IMG/VR virus record: IMGVR_UViG_3300011862_000001 | Location: 32,001-96,000 of that record | Origin: a virus | Lineage: Duplodnaviria > Caudoviricetes | Reading direction: 5' to 3' (one strand) | Length of the DNA: 64,000 nt | Shown here: in pieces, positions 35,457 to 45,472 of the stretch | Layout: each line of letters opens with the position of its first letter | Numbering within the stretch: the first letter of the stretch is position 1 | Made by a program: the position numbers and the translations under genes | The notes under the pieces: model-generated | What the model was told of the DNA's origin: nothing | Database searches by the model: none | The model's input: only the letters and a program-made list of their open reading frames with translations

Positions 35457-36518
35457 CTAAATCTCGAACTGGTTTTGGAGCGGTAAAAATAAGGTAGACC
35501 GATAGTGGTTAAACACCGGCTTGGGTAACTTACCCAACACCTTACTGTCCAGAAGTCTCTCGAGGTCGACAGCCAGTTCCTTTTTGAACTTGCTCATGAC
35601 CCCGTTATCGTAACGGAAACAGTAATGTGCCCAAGACCAGTTCACCAGTTGAATTGGCCATGACCCTTGTATCGTGGTGCCCGCATCACGAAAGACAATG
35701 CGGTCAAGGGCAGTACGGTCTTCTCCCGGCAGATTGAAAAACTGCGGAATGTGGGCCAACACCACCCCCGGTAACGGATTGCCCGTTAGCAATATCTCGC
35801 GAATACGCTTGGCATTGCGAATGGCCATACCCTGCAACGGAGGAACCGGCAACACACGCATAGGCGCATCGTCTTCGATTTTCTGATCCCGAGCGACGGC
35901 CCGGTGAATATTAAGAAAAGCGATGTCCATATACGACGGTAGCATACGACTCACGACGTGACGTTGTACGTAAACCGGACTGGTAATCGGTTCGCGTTGG
36001 GTACGGTAGTAAAGCTCGGCTTTGACATACTGCCAGAGTAGTGCTACCAGGTTTACTTCAATAATGCTTACCCCGCGTGGTTTATCGTCACCGAGTTGCC
36101 AATTGAGATTGGTGTACTCGTGATACAGATAGCGTGCAGGGGTGTAATCGCGAAACGAGAGTTCGGGGTCGACAGGACGGGCAACAAGCATCACTATCTC
36201 GTCTTGTCCTTCGATGAACTCACCGTTAAACACTTGTCCAAACTCCCCAACAGATGTCAGGCGCATGGCATTGCCGATCCCGGCGAGCCGTCGGCGACAG
36301 GCCCACTCGATATCATCGTAGTCAGGGTCAGCCGCATAGCCTATCTGGGACAGGATCTTTAGGATGATGTGACCGGATGCTACACGAGTCTGGACCGAGT
36401 CAAAGTAGTTGCGAATACGTTGGTGGTTGTTTTTTACAGCAGCAGCTATTTGTATAGCAGAAGGGTCTGCGGTATGACCCTTTATGGCCACTTGCTTTAA
36501 TTCGGCTTGACTGAACAT
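35457..36518 (-). CDS. Conserved jumbo-phage protein (phiKZ gp52-like by position)
   Basis: ATG at 36518 after CAGGAG; lies between the DNA polymerase and chimallin, on the opposite strand. Confidence 0.65.
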   Translation of the reverse strand: MFSQAELKQVAIKGHTADPSAIQIAAAVKNNHQRIRNYFDSVQTRVASGHIILKILSQIGYAADPDYDDIEWACRRRLAGIGNAMRLTSVGEFGQVFNGEFIEGQDEIVMLVARPVDPELSFRDYTPARYLYHEYTNLNWQLGDDKPRGVSIIEVNLVALLWQYVKAELYYRTQREPITSPVYVQRHVVSRMLPSYMDIAFLNIHRAVARDQKIEDDAPMRVLPVPPLQGMAIRNAKRIREILLTGNPLPGVVLAHIPQFFNLPGEDRTALDRIVFRDAGTTIQGSWPIQLVNWSWAHYCFRYDNGVMSKFKKELAVDLERLLDSKVLGKLPKPVFNHYRSTLFLPLQNQFEI

Positions 36519-36557
36519 GGCGGTCTCCTGTGTGATACATAGGAACGGCCACATTCA

Positions 36558-36678
36558 AAAAAATTACGGATGTATATTATCCATGTGACAGTTCCGGCAT
36601 ATCTTGCTGTCCATGGTCGCGCTAAGCGACGGCTTAGTTGTATCCCATGAATTCTCAGTTAGATATTATCGCTGTGAA
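36558..36678 (+). promoter_or_regulatory. Two tandem class-1 promoters upstream of chimallin
   Basis: ATTACGGATGTATATTATCCATGTG and CAGTTAGATATTATCGCTGTG. Confidence 0.65.
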
Positions 36679-36718
36679 CTCTACAATGTAATTCAACTTA
36701 TTTAAGGAATATTTAACC

Positions 36719-38521
36719 ATGGTTAAAGTCGTAGAAGAAAATCAAGGCACCCACACTACTCCTGGCGCAGAAGCACTGAACATGGCTTCCCCTGAACTGG
36801 GTACCATCAAACCGAAAGCAGATTCCGTGACGGACTTCTCGAACCTCTTTGACCGTGCGCTGGGTTGGGATTCCGCCAGCAGCATGGCCGCTGACTTCGT
36901 TCGCGTGCTGGGCGAGATTGCTGAGAAGAACCCGAAACTCAACCTGTTCAAATACGGCGTTGTGGAAGGCATTGCTGCTGAGATGGGTTCTGCTGCTTAT
37001 GTGGCAGGCGAAAACAACGGCAGCTGGCTGTACGGTGTACTGTTCTTTGAGAAAGGCCAGTCCATGCGTTTCCGCGAGCTGACCAACCGTCAGGAAGATT
37101 ACTTCACCCTGGTCGACCTGATTAACCGCAATGTGCTGGACCGTGTAGAAGAAGCCATTCGTGCCAACGGCATCGATAGCGCGAACTACATGGTAACCAA
37201 CACCGTGCCGGATATCTCCGATCATCGCATGACCCCTGAATGGGCACAGTCTCTGATGGGTCAGATGATGCTTGGCATCTTCGGCCGTATCCCGGGCAAA
37301 CTGGGCAAGATGGTACTGAGCAAAAACGACCGCTTCCAGGTCAACGTTGCTACGCCTGAAACCGGTATCGCGATGGATGATAACGGTCACCCGAGCCGTG
37401 CTGACTTCGCTGTGTATCTTGAGCACACCCCGGTGAGCCAAGACCAGGATAGCGCTACCCTGCTGGATAACACCTCCCATCAGGAATTCCCGCCTGTCCG
37501 TGCAGCAGGTTACACCAACCTGCGTTTCACTGGTCTGAAGCCGCCTAAAGATGGCGTACAGGATCTGAAACAGCTCCAGGGCGAAGTGGTCGTTTCCCTG
37601 ATTGACTCTCAGGCGAAAGGTTCTCGTGCACCGTACGAACGTCAGCTGGTAACTCTGGCAGCGTTTGCAGAAATCGCACAGAACGGCGGCTGGCGTGATA
37701 TGGTTATCAACACGCTGAACACCTCTGACCGTAAGTTCTCTGCACTGGCAGGGTACCTGGTCTGGGGCAACGACGGTGTACCGGATCTGTCCAAACTGGA
37801 TAAGAGCCGTGAGCACATCGACAATGCCCTGAAAGTGTTCGCACCGTCAGCAGCTGCGCTGGTAGTCAACCATCGTGCCGGTAACGGCGTCGGTGGCCTG
37901 TCTAACCTGCTGGCTGAAATCGGCGTGGGTAACCTGAACAGCCTGGCACAGTTGCTGAACATCTGTGATGCCATGTTCTATCAGAGCGGTAAAGACCTGT
38001 TCCGTAAACAACTGGCCACTGCGCTGGAAGTTACTGAACTGAAAACGTCTCACGTTGTTGCGGCGGCCGTACCTTCTATCGCTGGTGTTTACACCGGTGC
38101 TGGTACTAAGCGCACCACGCAGGATATGGACCTGATTTCTGTGACCACCTACCTGGGTGACAAACAGACTGACGTCATGCGTTATGTTCACGCCCAGTCC
38201 TACGCTAACCGTGAAATGCAGTCCAAACCGCAACGTATCTACCTGGCCAAACTGGCTACGGCTATGTACGGTTCTCGCAGCCTGCGCCTGACTGGCGAAT
38301 CGTTGGATATGGCAATCAACCCAACCTTCGCACGTCTGCTGCTGGAGAAAGTGAAAGAACGTGCTGGCTGGCAGGTTAACGGCGTTAACGCGTATAACGA
38401 AATCGACACCAACCTGTTCTACAACACGGGTGCACCGTCCCTCATCCTGAGCGGCAACGGCGCAACCGGTGGCCTGTCCGACTTCGGTCTGGGCATGACC
38501 ATCAGCGATTTCAACGTATAA
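36719..38521 (+). CDS. chmA: Chimallin, the major phage nuclear shell protein (phiKZ gp54-like)
   Basis: 600 aa directly upstream of the nvRNAP beta'-N gene; extreme codon bias, double early promoter and own terminator. Assigned mainly by synteny and size. Confidence 0.8.
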   Translation: MVKVVEENQGTHTTPGAEALNMASPELGTIKPKADSVTDFSNLFDRALGWDSASSMAADFVRVLGEIAEKNPKLNLFKYGVVEGIAAEMGSAAYVAGENNGSWLYGVLFFEKGQSMRFRELTNRQEDYFTLVDLINRNVLDRVEEAIRANGIDSANYMVTNTVPDISDHRMTPEWAQSLMGQMMLGIFGRIPGKLGKMVLSKNDRFQVNVATPETGIAMDDNGHPSRADFAVYLEHTPVSQDQDSATLLDNTSHQEFPPVRAAGYTNLRFTGLKPPKDGVQDLKQLQGEVVVSLIDSQAKGSRAPYERQLVTLAAFAEIAQNGGWRDMVINTLNTSDRKFSALAGYLVWGNDGVPDLSKLDKSREHIDNALKVFAPSAAALVVNHRAGNGVGGLSNLLAEIGVGNLNSLAQLLNICDAMFYQSGKDLFRKQLATALEVTELKTSHVVAAAVPSIAGVYTGAGTKRTTQDMDLISVTTYLGDKQTDVMRYVHAQSYANREMQSKPQRIYLAKLATAMYGSRSLRLTGESLDMAINPTFARLLLEKVKERAGWQVNGVNAYNEIDTNLFYNTGAPSLILSGNGATGGLSDFGLGMTISDFNV

Positions 38522-38536
38522 TCGCGTAATAAAGGA

Positions 38537-38576
38537 AAGGGTGGGGGCGAAGGCTCTCACCCTCCCCTCTTTTTTT
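38537..38576 (+). terminator. Intrinsic terminator
   Basis: AGGGTGGGGGC-GAAG-GCTCTCACCCT followed by a T run. Confidence 0.7.
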
Positions 38577-38589
38577 GCCTGAGGTTCAA

Positions 38590-39960
38590 ATGCAGAAAGC
38601 ACCAAAGTTTTATGGAATTTCCGGGAGACTGGAAAGCCAGGACAAATATCTCCTTGACTTGAGGATTCAGGCTGCGGCGAATTCAACCAAACCGCCGACC
38701 ATCATCAACGACATCGCGATAGACGGTGACCCGATTAAGGTCGCTGAGCAAATTGACCTGTTGGTGCAGAACCGAATCGTAGGTGAACAATTAAACTCGA
38801 CACCCATCTGTGACATCATGTGCGAGAATCCGACAGCGCACCGCTATAACCTGGGTAAGATTTGCCCTTGTTGCGGGTACCGCGTTACGGAGAACCGTAT
38901 TGAGTCTGAGGTGTGGCTACGAGCACCTGACGAAATCGGCTACTTTATCAACCCGCGCTTCTGGGCGATGTTCAATGCCTTTTATAACACCAAGAAGACG
39001 CGTAAGTTTGATCGCAATAAACCGACCTCCACCTCGGGTTCGGATTTGTTGATGTGGTTTCTCGATCCCTATTACCGTCCCGATGAAGAAGACTCTAAAC
39101 GGGCAGTGATAGTCAAGCGCATCATGGAAGAACATGGTATCCGTCGTGGCATCAACTACTTTGTTGACCACCACAAAACCATCTTCTCGATCCTGACCAG
39201 TCCCGATGTGTGGCGTGAGATTTATGCGCCCCAGCGTAATAACTTGGCCGCCAGCGAAGTGCTGCGCAGTCAATGGGTAGAGTTCTTTAATACCCAAGGC
39301 TCGGAAATCTTTACCAAGCATTTGCCTATCATCTCCTCGAAACTTATCGTCTCGGAAGAAGGCAAGCGTGGCGTAATGATTGACCCCGTGTTCACGAGTG
39401 CTATTGATGCGGTGAAGAACGTCGCACAGTTGTACACCCGTAAGCGCAGTATCGAATCACGGTTTATGATTAGCCGCGCATTGAAAGCTAACCGTCAACT
39501 GGCCTATTTCTTTATCGACTTCCGTCGTGAGAACTTAGAACAGAAGCCGGGTGCTTATCGTGCGAAGGTGAGTTCTACCCATGTGTGTAACTCTGGTCGT
39601 GCGACGATATCGCCGATTGCTTCTCCACACGATGCCTGGAAGCTTAAAGCACCATGGCGTTGGTCCGTCGGGTTGCTGTCTGTGGATATTGAAGCGAAAC
39701 TCATGCAACGTGGCTATACGTCACGACAGTGTGAGCGCATTGTGGCGAAAGCAGCGATGCAATACGATCCGTTAGTCCATGAGATATTCAAAGAGTTGAT
39801 TGCCGAATCACCGGGCGGCTTAGGTATCCTTGTGCTACCTCTGCGTAACCCGACGCTGGTACAGCTGTCGATTCAGGCTCTGTGGATTGATGAAATCGTT
39901 ACGGATGTTAACCAGTGTTCTATCCGTATTTCGGACCGGGTTATCAAGATGGCAAACGCT
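38590..39960 (+). CDS. Non-virion RNA polymerase beta' N-terminal subunit (phiKZ gp55-like), exon 1
   Basis: Zn-site cysteines (C..C...CPCC), SGRATISP and RNPTL; ends ...KMANA, the first half of NADFDGD. Confidence 0.88.
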
Positions 39961-41372
39961 TCGACATTTATTCTGCTATTCCTTATTGTTTGGTTTTTAC
40001 TGGTAATAAGGAATGGGCTATGGAGATTTGCAAACTAAGTAGGAAACTGCGTAGCGATCTGGAACCTTCGTATTTGTTTCGTGGGTTTTATCGCCACCCT
40101 GAGCTGCGTGATGTGTTTGCGAATGCTCTTGGTGTTTGTGTTTCAAAAAGAAAGGTCATCCCTTTACCAGTCACCTTCCTGAAAAGTGGCTACTATGGTA
40201 TACGTGGATGTCGTGGCCGAACTCATTTGCACACAGTTATCGCAGAAACATTCTTAGATAGATATAATGTAAAGGATGAGGTTAATCATCGCGATGGTGT
40301 AAAAACCAATCCCAGTGTGGTTAATCTTGAGTGGGTAAGTCGCTCTAAAAATGTCACACATGCTTTCGAAAACGGTCTACGTGATGAAAACATCGAAGTT
40401 GATGTCAGGAATCTGGAAACTGGTGAGGTGGTAGCATGTCGTAGCATTATCGAAGCGGCAAAGGTTGTCGGTATAAATCAACACACAGTTTCAAGTTATC
40501 TAATGCGCGGCCTTCACCGGCAGTATACGCTGAAGGATGTCTATGAAATTAAATTGAAGTGTGAGGATTGGATCTTGACAAAGAATTCGATTGGTAAGAA
40601 TTCTGGTCCCGGCAACAAAGGTGTGGTCGTTAGAAGGATGGGAACTTCACAATACTTCCTGTTCAGTTCAGCGCCCGCCGCAGGAGAATACATTGGTTTG
40701 AAACCACACCTTCTATACTCCCACCTTTCTGGTGGTACCGTTGATTTGAAAAATCACGGATATGAGGCGTGGTATATGGTTGACATCGACGTCCCTATTA
40801 CAGAGATGGTAGACCTGAGAAAACCTAGACCTGCACCCCTAGTCCCAAGACGTGTCGCTCCAATGGTTCGCGTTTACGATAAGTTAAACGAGACGACCAC
40901 AATTTACAACTCATTACAAGAGTTCTGTACGTTGATTGGTAAAAAGAAAGAAACGGTCGGTAAAGCCGTATCAATCAAGGGCGAATACAAACATTATGTC
41001 ATTGCGTACATCTGACAGAATAAATGAGGCCCACCGGGCGAGAAATCCCCGGTGCGTATCTCCTTGAATTGCTGGGAATCCCTAAAGCTCATTTGCCCAT
41101 GTGGAGACGAAAGTCTGAAACAAGTAATGAGATGACCTATGCTAACCAATACGGCTAAGGGTTGTAATAATGGGTTATCTAGCAGCGAAGACCCGAATGG
41201 GTAACGTTCAACGACTAGAGCTGAAATGCTCGTAGGTTCTTAGATTAGAGCCGAAGTGGGGAGAGACCTAAGGGTAGAAATACCTATGGTTAAGATATAG
41301 TCTGTGTCCCAGTGAGAGCTGGGAAGGGTACCTTAGCGTACCTGCTCCAAAGGGAATGGAGTGGACAAGCAG
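39961..41372 (+). mobile_element. Group I intron (1412 nt) carrying an HNH ORF in the P1 loop
   Basis: Exon ends in U and intron ends in G; elements P (AATTGCTGGGAA, 41067), Q (ATCTAGCAGC, 41177), R (GTTCAACGACTA, 41206) and S (AAGATATAGTCT, 41292). Removal restores NA|DFDGD in frame. Confidence 0.92.
40020..41015 (+). CDS. Intron-encoded HNH homing endonuclease with NUMOD1-like repeats
   Basis: HTVIAETF...EVNHRDGVKTNP...NLEWVSRSKN..HA; repeated S..EAA-like helices; AAGGA RBS. Confidence 0.88.
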   Translation: MEICKLSRKLRSDLEPSYLFRGFYRHPELRDVFANALGVCVSKRKVIPLPVTFLKSGYYGIRGCRGRTHLHTVIAETFLDRYNVKDEVNHRDGVKTNPSVVNLEWVSRSKNVTHAFENGLRDENIEVDVRNLETGEVVACRSIIEAAKVVGINQHTVSSYLMRGLHRQYTLKDVYEIKLKCEDWILTKNSIGKNSGPGNKGVVVRRMGTSQYFLFSSAPAAGEYIGLKPHLLYSHLSGGTVDLKNHGYEAWYMVDIDVPITEMVDLRKPRPAPLVPRRVAPMVRVYDKLNETTTIYNSLQEFCTLIGKKKETVGKAVSIKGEYKHYVIAYI

Positions 41373-41594
41373 GACTTCGATGGCGACCAGCTTATGGTGT
41401 ACCGCCCAACCGACCAGATCGAAATCGACCTGGCTCTGGCGTACCGTCCAGACAATGGCTTCATGTCATCCACCAACGTCAATCAGGTGGAACGTGGCAT
41501 GGTACTACACAGCGAGCTTATCAGCATGCAGAACCGGTTCCTTATTGAAGCCGATGAAGATGATGAGATAGGCGTAGCGCTTGAAGATCTATAA
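41373..41594 (+). CDS. nvRNAP beta' N-terminal subunit, exon 2
   Basis: Begins DFDGDQL; spliced product is about 530 aa. Confidence 0.88.
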   Translation, partial: DFDGDQLMVYRPTDQIEIDLALAYRPDNGFMSSTNVNQVERGMVLHSELISMQNRFLIEADEDDEIGVALEDL

Positions 41595-41608
41595 CGCAGG
41601 AGAAACGT

Positions 41609-42196
41609 ATGGGGATGTGGAATAACCTATCCAGTGCCTACACGAAGCAAGAAGAAGGCAGTGGGATGTTTGAGTATTTCAGACAGAAGTTCGATTACGA
41701 ACGTATCGCCCCTGACATGATCGAACGCGTAAATGAGCACCGGCGTGAGCTGCTCTCCCTGGATATGTTTCGTAAGACGAGCGCAGCCGTACGTAAGCTG
41801 CGCTACAGCGATGGCACTGATTGCATTCGCCAGCTTACGGAAGTGGGTGAGTTCCAACACGCCAACTCATTGTTGCAGCCGTTCCTGGTAGCGATGCCGG
41901 AGTATCGTAAGCTGTATAACGAGAATCTGGCTACAGGGTACGAAACAGGCTTCTCCCAGTACGACCGTTATCGTGGTAATGCGTATATGCACACCGATGA
42001 TAACTATCGTGAGATGACGTCTGATTTCGCAACAGAGTATGACGAAGACAAGATTTGGCACTGGGTCTCCAATGAAGAACGTCAGCACTCTCTTAACAAT
42101 ATCGAGCGTGTCGAATTAACCATTAACCGCGTGCGGATGCGCGATATGGACTGGGAAGATAGCGATCCCTGCTCTGAACTGAACGCGTCCTGTTAA
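41609..42196 (+). CDS. Conserved hypothetical protein
   Basis: 195 aa with AGGAG RBS, followed by a hairpin terminator at 42203-42236. Confidence 0.75.
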   Translation: MGMWNNLSSAYTKQEEGSGMFEYFRQKFDYERIAPDMIERVNEHRRELLSLDMFRKTSAAVRKLRYSDGTDCIRQLTEVGEFQHANSLLQPFLVAMPEYRKLYNENLATGYETGFSQYDRYRGNAYMHTDDNYREMTSDFATEYDEDKIWHWVSNEERQHSLNNIERVELTINRVRMRDMDWEDSDPCSELNASC

Positions 42197-42388
42197 TACC
42201 GTAGAAGGGGTCTAGGCAACCCCTTCTATTTTTTTCTTTAGGTTGGTTTTGCCTACCCGATCGTGAGTGGAAATTAAACGTCACGGATAATTTATTTGAG
42301 TAGTGCAACGCCTAACTTTACCGGCTGTAGCACGTCAATCTGCACCCTGGCAAATTCTATGTTGAGGTTCATGTTTGGATAGGAGTGG

Positions 42389-42775
42389 ATGATGGCAATC
42401 GCAGTGGGTACTGTTTCAACCCGAGGATGGGCACGCACCACCTCAGAAAAAATTACTGAACTGATGAATAACTACACCGAGGCGGGCTATAGCCAGTCGG
42501 TGATTTATCGGGACAACATTAAATCGTACGCCTTTGCCGTAGCGCAATATTGTCAGCAGCCTGATTTGCTGTGTCAGCAAGTAGAGGCAGACCTTCGTCG
42601 TCTATACGGTAATGTGTTTACCGAAGGCGTTGAAGTCGAGACGGCTTACGAGTTCTTACCTGACAGCGACATTCGCTACCGGGTGGTGATATCCCTGCGC
42701 GTTAAAGTAAACGGCGAATGGGTAGATGCCACGCGTTCTGTAAATGTTGACATGGAGAAGAAAGCAAGTGTCTGA
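42389..42775 (+). CDS. Conserved protein, possibly T4 gp25-like (baseplate wedge/sheath initiator)
   Basis: 128 aa with a helix followed by alternating beta strands (VEVETAY...YRVVISLRV); fold assignment tentative. Confidence 0.45.
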   Translation: MMAIAVGTVSTRGWARTTSEKITELMNNYTEAGYSQSVIYRDNIKSYAFAVAQYCQQPDLLCQQVEADLRRLYGNVFTEGVEVETAYEFLPDSDIRYRVVISLRVKVNGEWVDATRSVNVDMEKKASV

Positions 42776-43436
42776 ACAACAAATGGAAAACGCGGAAATG
42801 TATTCGCGTGATAAGATGAAAGCGAGCGAGGTGTATAACCTTGAGCGGGCGTTAGAAGTCGAGAAAGAGATTCTTGAAAATATCGACCCGATGGCGCGCT
42901 TCACGGAAAGCATGTTCCGTCGCCAAGCGTTACCTATCCTCACCGGTTTGCTGGATGATACCTTTGATCACAACCAGTACATTAACTGCGTGGGTTCTCA
43001 GTTTGTGCCGTTACAGGTGGTCGACGATGCCGATCACAGCAAAGTGCTGTTTACCATTCCAGCGCTGATGTATACCGGCGACACCCTGATGCACGTTGAG
43101 GGACAGCAATCGCTTACTGACGAATCGCTTGAAATCCAAAGCTATGCTGAGCTTATCCCCTCTGTGGGTGAGCAGGCCAAACACGACATGATAGTCGGTG
43201 TGTTGGACGGGATTGAAAAGCTGACGTATGAGCGTAATCGTCGTCGTGCGAAAGCCACGATTGACCTCCTCAACGGTCTCTTTAAACGCTACAACGCACA
43301 CGGTCAGATCCCGTATCCCGCAGGTATGGAAGATTTAGTTAACGCACCTGTGGAAGCGCAAAAGGCTGTGGCGGCAGTAGCCACCAACAAAGTGGAATTA
43401 AGTGATGGTGGAATCGAGGACGGCGCGGATCTCTAA
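42768..43436 (+). CDS. Conserved hypothetical protein
   Basis: GTG start after GGAG, overlapping the previous gene. Confidence 0.7.
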   Translation: MSEQQMENAEMYSRDKMKASEVYNLERALEVEKEILENIDPMARFTESMFRRQALPILTGLLDDTFDHNQYINCVGSQFVPLQVVDDADHSKVLFTIPALMYTGDTLMHVEGQQSLTDESLEIQSYAELIPSVGEQAKHDMIVGVLDGIEKLTYERNRRRAKATIDLLNGLFKRYNAHGQIPYPAGMEDLVNAPVEAQKAVAAVATNKVELSDGGIEDGADL

Positions 43437-44589
43437 GCGTCCTGTTGCGTCGGCAATTGAAAAAATCTATCAGGTGCCCGCTCTCCCAGAGGGGCAAACG
43501 CGCATTGTCGTGTTGTCTGATGTTCACCTTCTGCACAAGCGGGTACCTACCTGGCACATCATCGCGGTACTGGAAAAGATGTTGGGTCAGGCCGCAAAAA
43601 CGGCAGCTGCAATTTATATAGCGGGGGATCTCTTTGACGACTCCCGCTATCTCCGTCAGGATGATTCTCAGGAAGCAGTTGGCTTCCTCACCTGGCTCCT
43701 CGAATGGTGTCGAGACCACAGAGTTGCGCTACGTATCCTCGAAGGCACGCCTTCACATGACCATGGCCAGAGTCGCATTGTCCAGTCTCTTAACCGAACG
43801 GTAGGAGCAGACTGCAAATATCTGGATGGGATTGGCATCTTTTACGATGAGGCCATACAAGCCACTGTCGGTTGGGTACAGGACGAATACAAGGACAGGG
43901 TTGCTGAGAATACTCAAGCTGAAATGGCGGAGTTAATGGCAACGCGTGGACTGGAGAAGGTTGACTTCTTCTTCATGCACGGCTGCTTTAAATTCCAAGC
44001 TCCAATTGAATCCCCACATTGGTTTGATGAGGACTTTTGGATATCACGTTGTCGATTAGGCATCTATATTGGCCATGACCATCGTGAGAAAGTCTATGGG
44101 ATTATCCGGGTGACCGGGAGTGTGGATAGGTTGGCACACGGTGAGAATGAAGACAAAGGCATGACTATTGTCGACTTCACTGCCAGCGCCGCGAGGAATT
44201 ATTTCTTCGTGAATACCGACGCGTGTCCACAACGCGCGGTCGACGCTATGGAGGACTACGACGCGCAGTATGCGGCGTGCCTTGAAGCTTTGGCCTTTAT
44301 TGATACGCACCCATCGGCAGCCATTGGCCGCTTTAAAGTCGAGTATCATACTGGCTCACCCATCGCTGACCACGTCAGCCGTTGGAAACGGGAATACGCT
44401 TTCCATATCGAGGGTAAGCGTGTTAACACCGCCGATGAGGAAGAGAAACTCATCGCCGTATTCTCTACCGAAGCACAGGTAGATGAAAAGATTGCGCCAG
44501 ACAATGTCGAGCGCCTTCTGCTAAAAGAGATGACGGGAATGAAGTACGATCCCGATATCGTGACTGATATCATTAGGAGCATCCAATGA
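43402..44589 (+). CDS. sbcD: SbcD/Mre11-like metallophosphoesterase nuclease
   Basis: SDVH, AGDLFD, GTPSHD, MHG and GHDH motifs; exact start uncertain. Confidence 0.85.
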   Translation: MMVESRTARISKRPVASAIEKIYQVPALPEGQTRIVVLSDVHLLHKRVPTWHIIAVLEKMLGQAAKTAAAIYIAGDLFDDSRYLRQDDSQEAVGFLTWLLEWCRDHRVALRILEGTPSHDHGQSRIVQSLNRTVGADCKYLDGIGIFYDEAIQATVGWVQDEYKDRVAENTQAEMAELMATRGLEKVDFFFMHGCFKFQAPIESPHWFDEDFWISRCRLGIYIGHDHREKVYGIIRVTGSVDRLAHGENEDKGMTIVDFTASAARNYFFVNTDACPQRAVDAMEDYDAQYAACLEALAFIDTHPSAAIGRFKVEYHTGSPIADHVSRWKREYAFHIEGKRVNTADEEEKLIAVFSTEAQVDEKIAPDNVERLLLKEMTGMKYDPDIVTDIIRSIQ

Positions 44590-45410
44590 GTCCCATTAGC
44601 GTTGATCGCAAATTTGGGAGTTATCCGATATCAATCGCCGGTTCGCTGGCGATGGAAGGTTTGTTGCACACCGGCGAATTTGCCGAACGCGATGGCAAAA
44701 TTGTCATCGGCGATTATCAGGCTTTGTACCTGAACTTACGGACGCTATTCCGCAATGCATTTTACGCATTCGAAGAACACCGAGAACGCCTTACGCCCGA
44801 CGTATTGAAGACATGTATCGACGAAGATATTGAAAATATATTTGCCACCGCACGCGCGGTGGCCCCTTCGATGGTATGCGCTCTTTACGTGTGTGAGTAC
44901 CACACGGTGAACAAAGTCTTCCCCAAGGGAGACTTCCGAAATGCCAACACCCCGCTTCAGGTTTTCTATAATTCCGTTGAGCAGGATGTGTTGAAAATGT
45001 ATTTGCGCGAAGAGCCTCGTCGCGACGACTTCCATGTTTTTGATGTCTTCCCCAAAGGCGATAAAGACACCCTGCTATTAACCCACATGCCTGCCGATTT
45101 ATTGGCGGTAAAAGACTTCCCCAAACTGGGCCTGTTGGAATCCCACACCGGTGAAGTCAAAACGCAGCTGCAATGGAACAGCAAGCTGTACAATAAGCCG
45201 GAACGTATCCCGTTTAACAAAGGGTTCCTGACGCTCTTTGGTGACAACGTGATGTTCCACCCGCAAGACCGTAAGATCAGAAACGTGGTATTGAAAACGG
45301 CCGAGAAATATTCTTGGCATCCCAATACCACGATGGATCGTATCTACAACTGTTTGAAACTGGTCAATGAACCACACATCATCGACTACCTGCGTAAGCT
45401 AAATAGCTAA
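44586..45410 (+). CDS. Conserved jumbo-phage protein
   Basis: 274 aa; ATGA coupling; NLRTLFRN and LLESHTG motifs. Confidence 0.7.
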   Translation: MSPISVDRKFGSYPISIAGSLAMEGLLHTGEFAERDGKIVIGDYQALYLNLRTLFRNAFYAFEEHRERLTPDVLKTCIDEDIENIFATARAVAPSMVCALYVCEYHTVNKVFPKGDFRNANTPLQVFYNSVEQDVLKMYLREEPRRDDFHVFDVFPKGDKDTLLLTHMPADLLAVKDFPKLGLLESHTGEVKTQLQWNSKLYNKPERIPFNKGFLTLFGDNVMFHPQDRKIRNVVLKTAEKYSWHPNTTMDRIYNCLKLVNEPHIIDYLRKLNS

Positions 45411-45411
45411 C

Positions 45412-45437
45412 TTTTTACATCACCAGGGTATCATGTG
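45412..45437 (+). promoter_or_regulatory. Class-2 promoter
   Basis: TTTTTAC-N15-TGTG. Confidence 0.55.
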
Positions 45438-45472
45438 TGATACCCCTAATTGACTACCGAAGGACCATCGCC

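Noticed and set aside
36713-37816. Long minus-strand ORFs opposite chimallin, the DNA polymerase, the gp70-like gene and vRNAP (also 37847-38686, 33634-34476, 49589-50704, 62973-63809)
   Set aside because: Antisense shadows of well-supported genes.
39915-40019. Upstream extension of the HNH ORF in the track
   Set aside because: Starts in exon sequence without an RBS; ATG 40020 has an SD.
39961-40038. Hydrophobic, transmembrane-like tail of the 487-aa ORF (STFILLFLIVWFLLVI)
   Set aside because: Read-through into T-rich intron sequence that is constrained by RNA pairing; absent from the spliced product.
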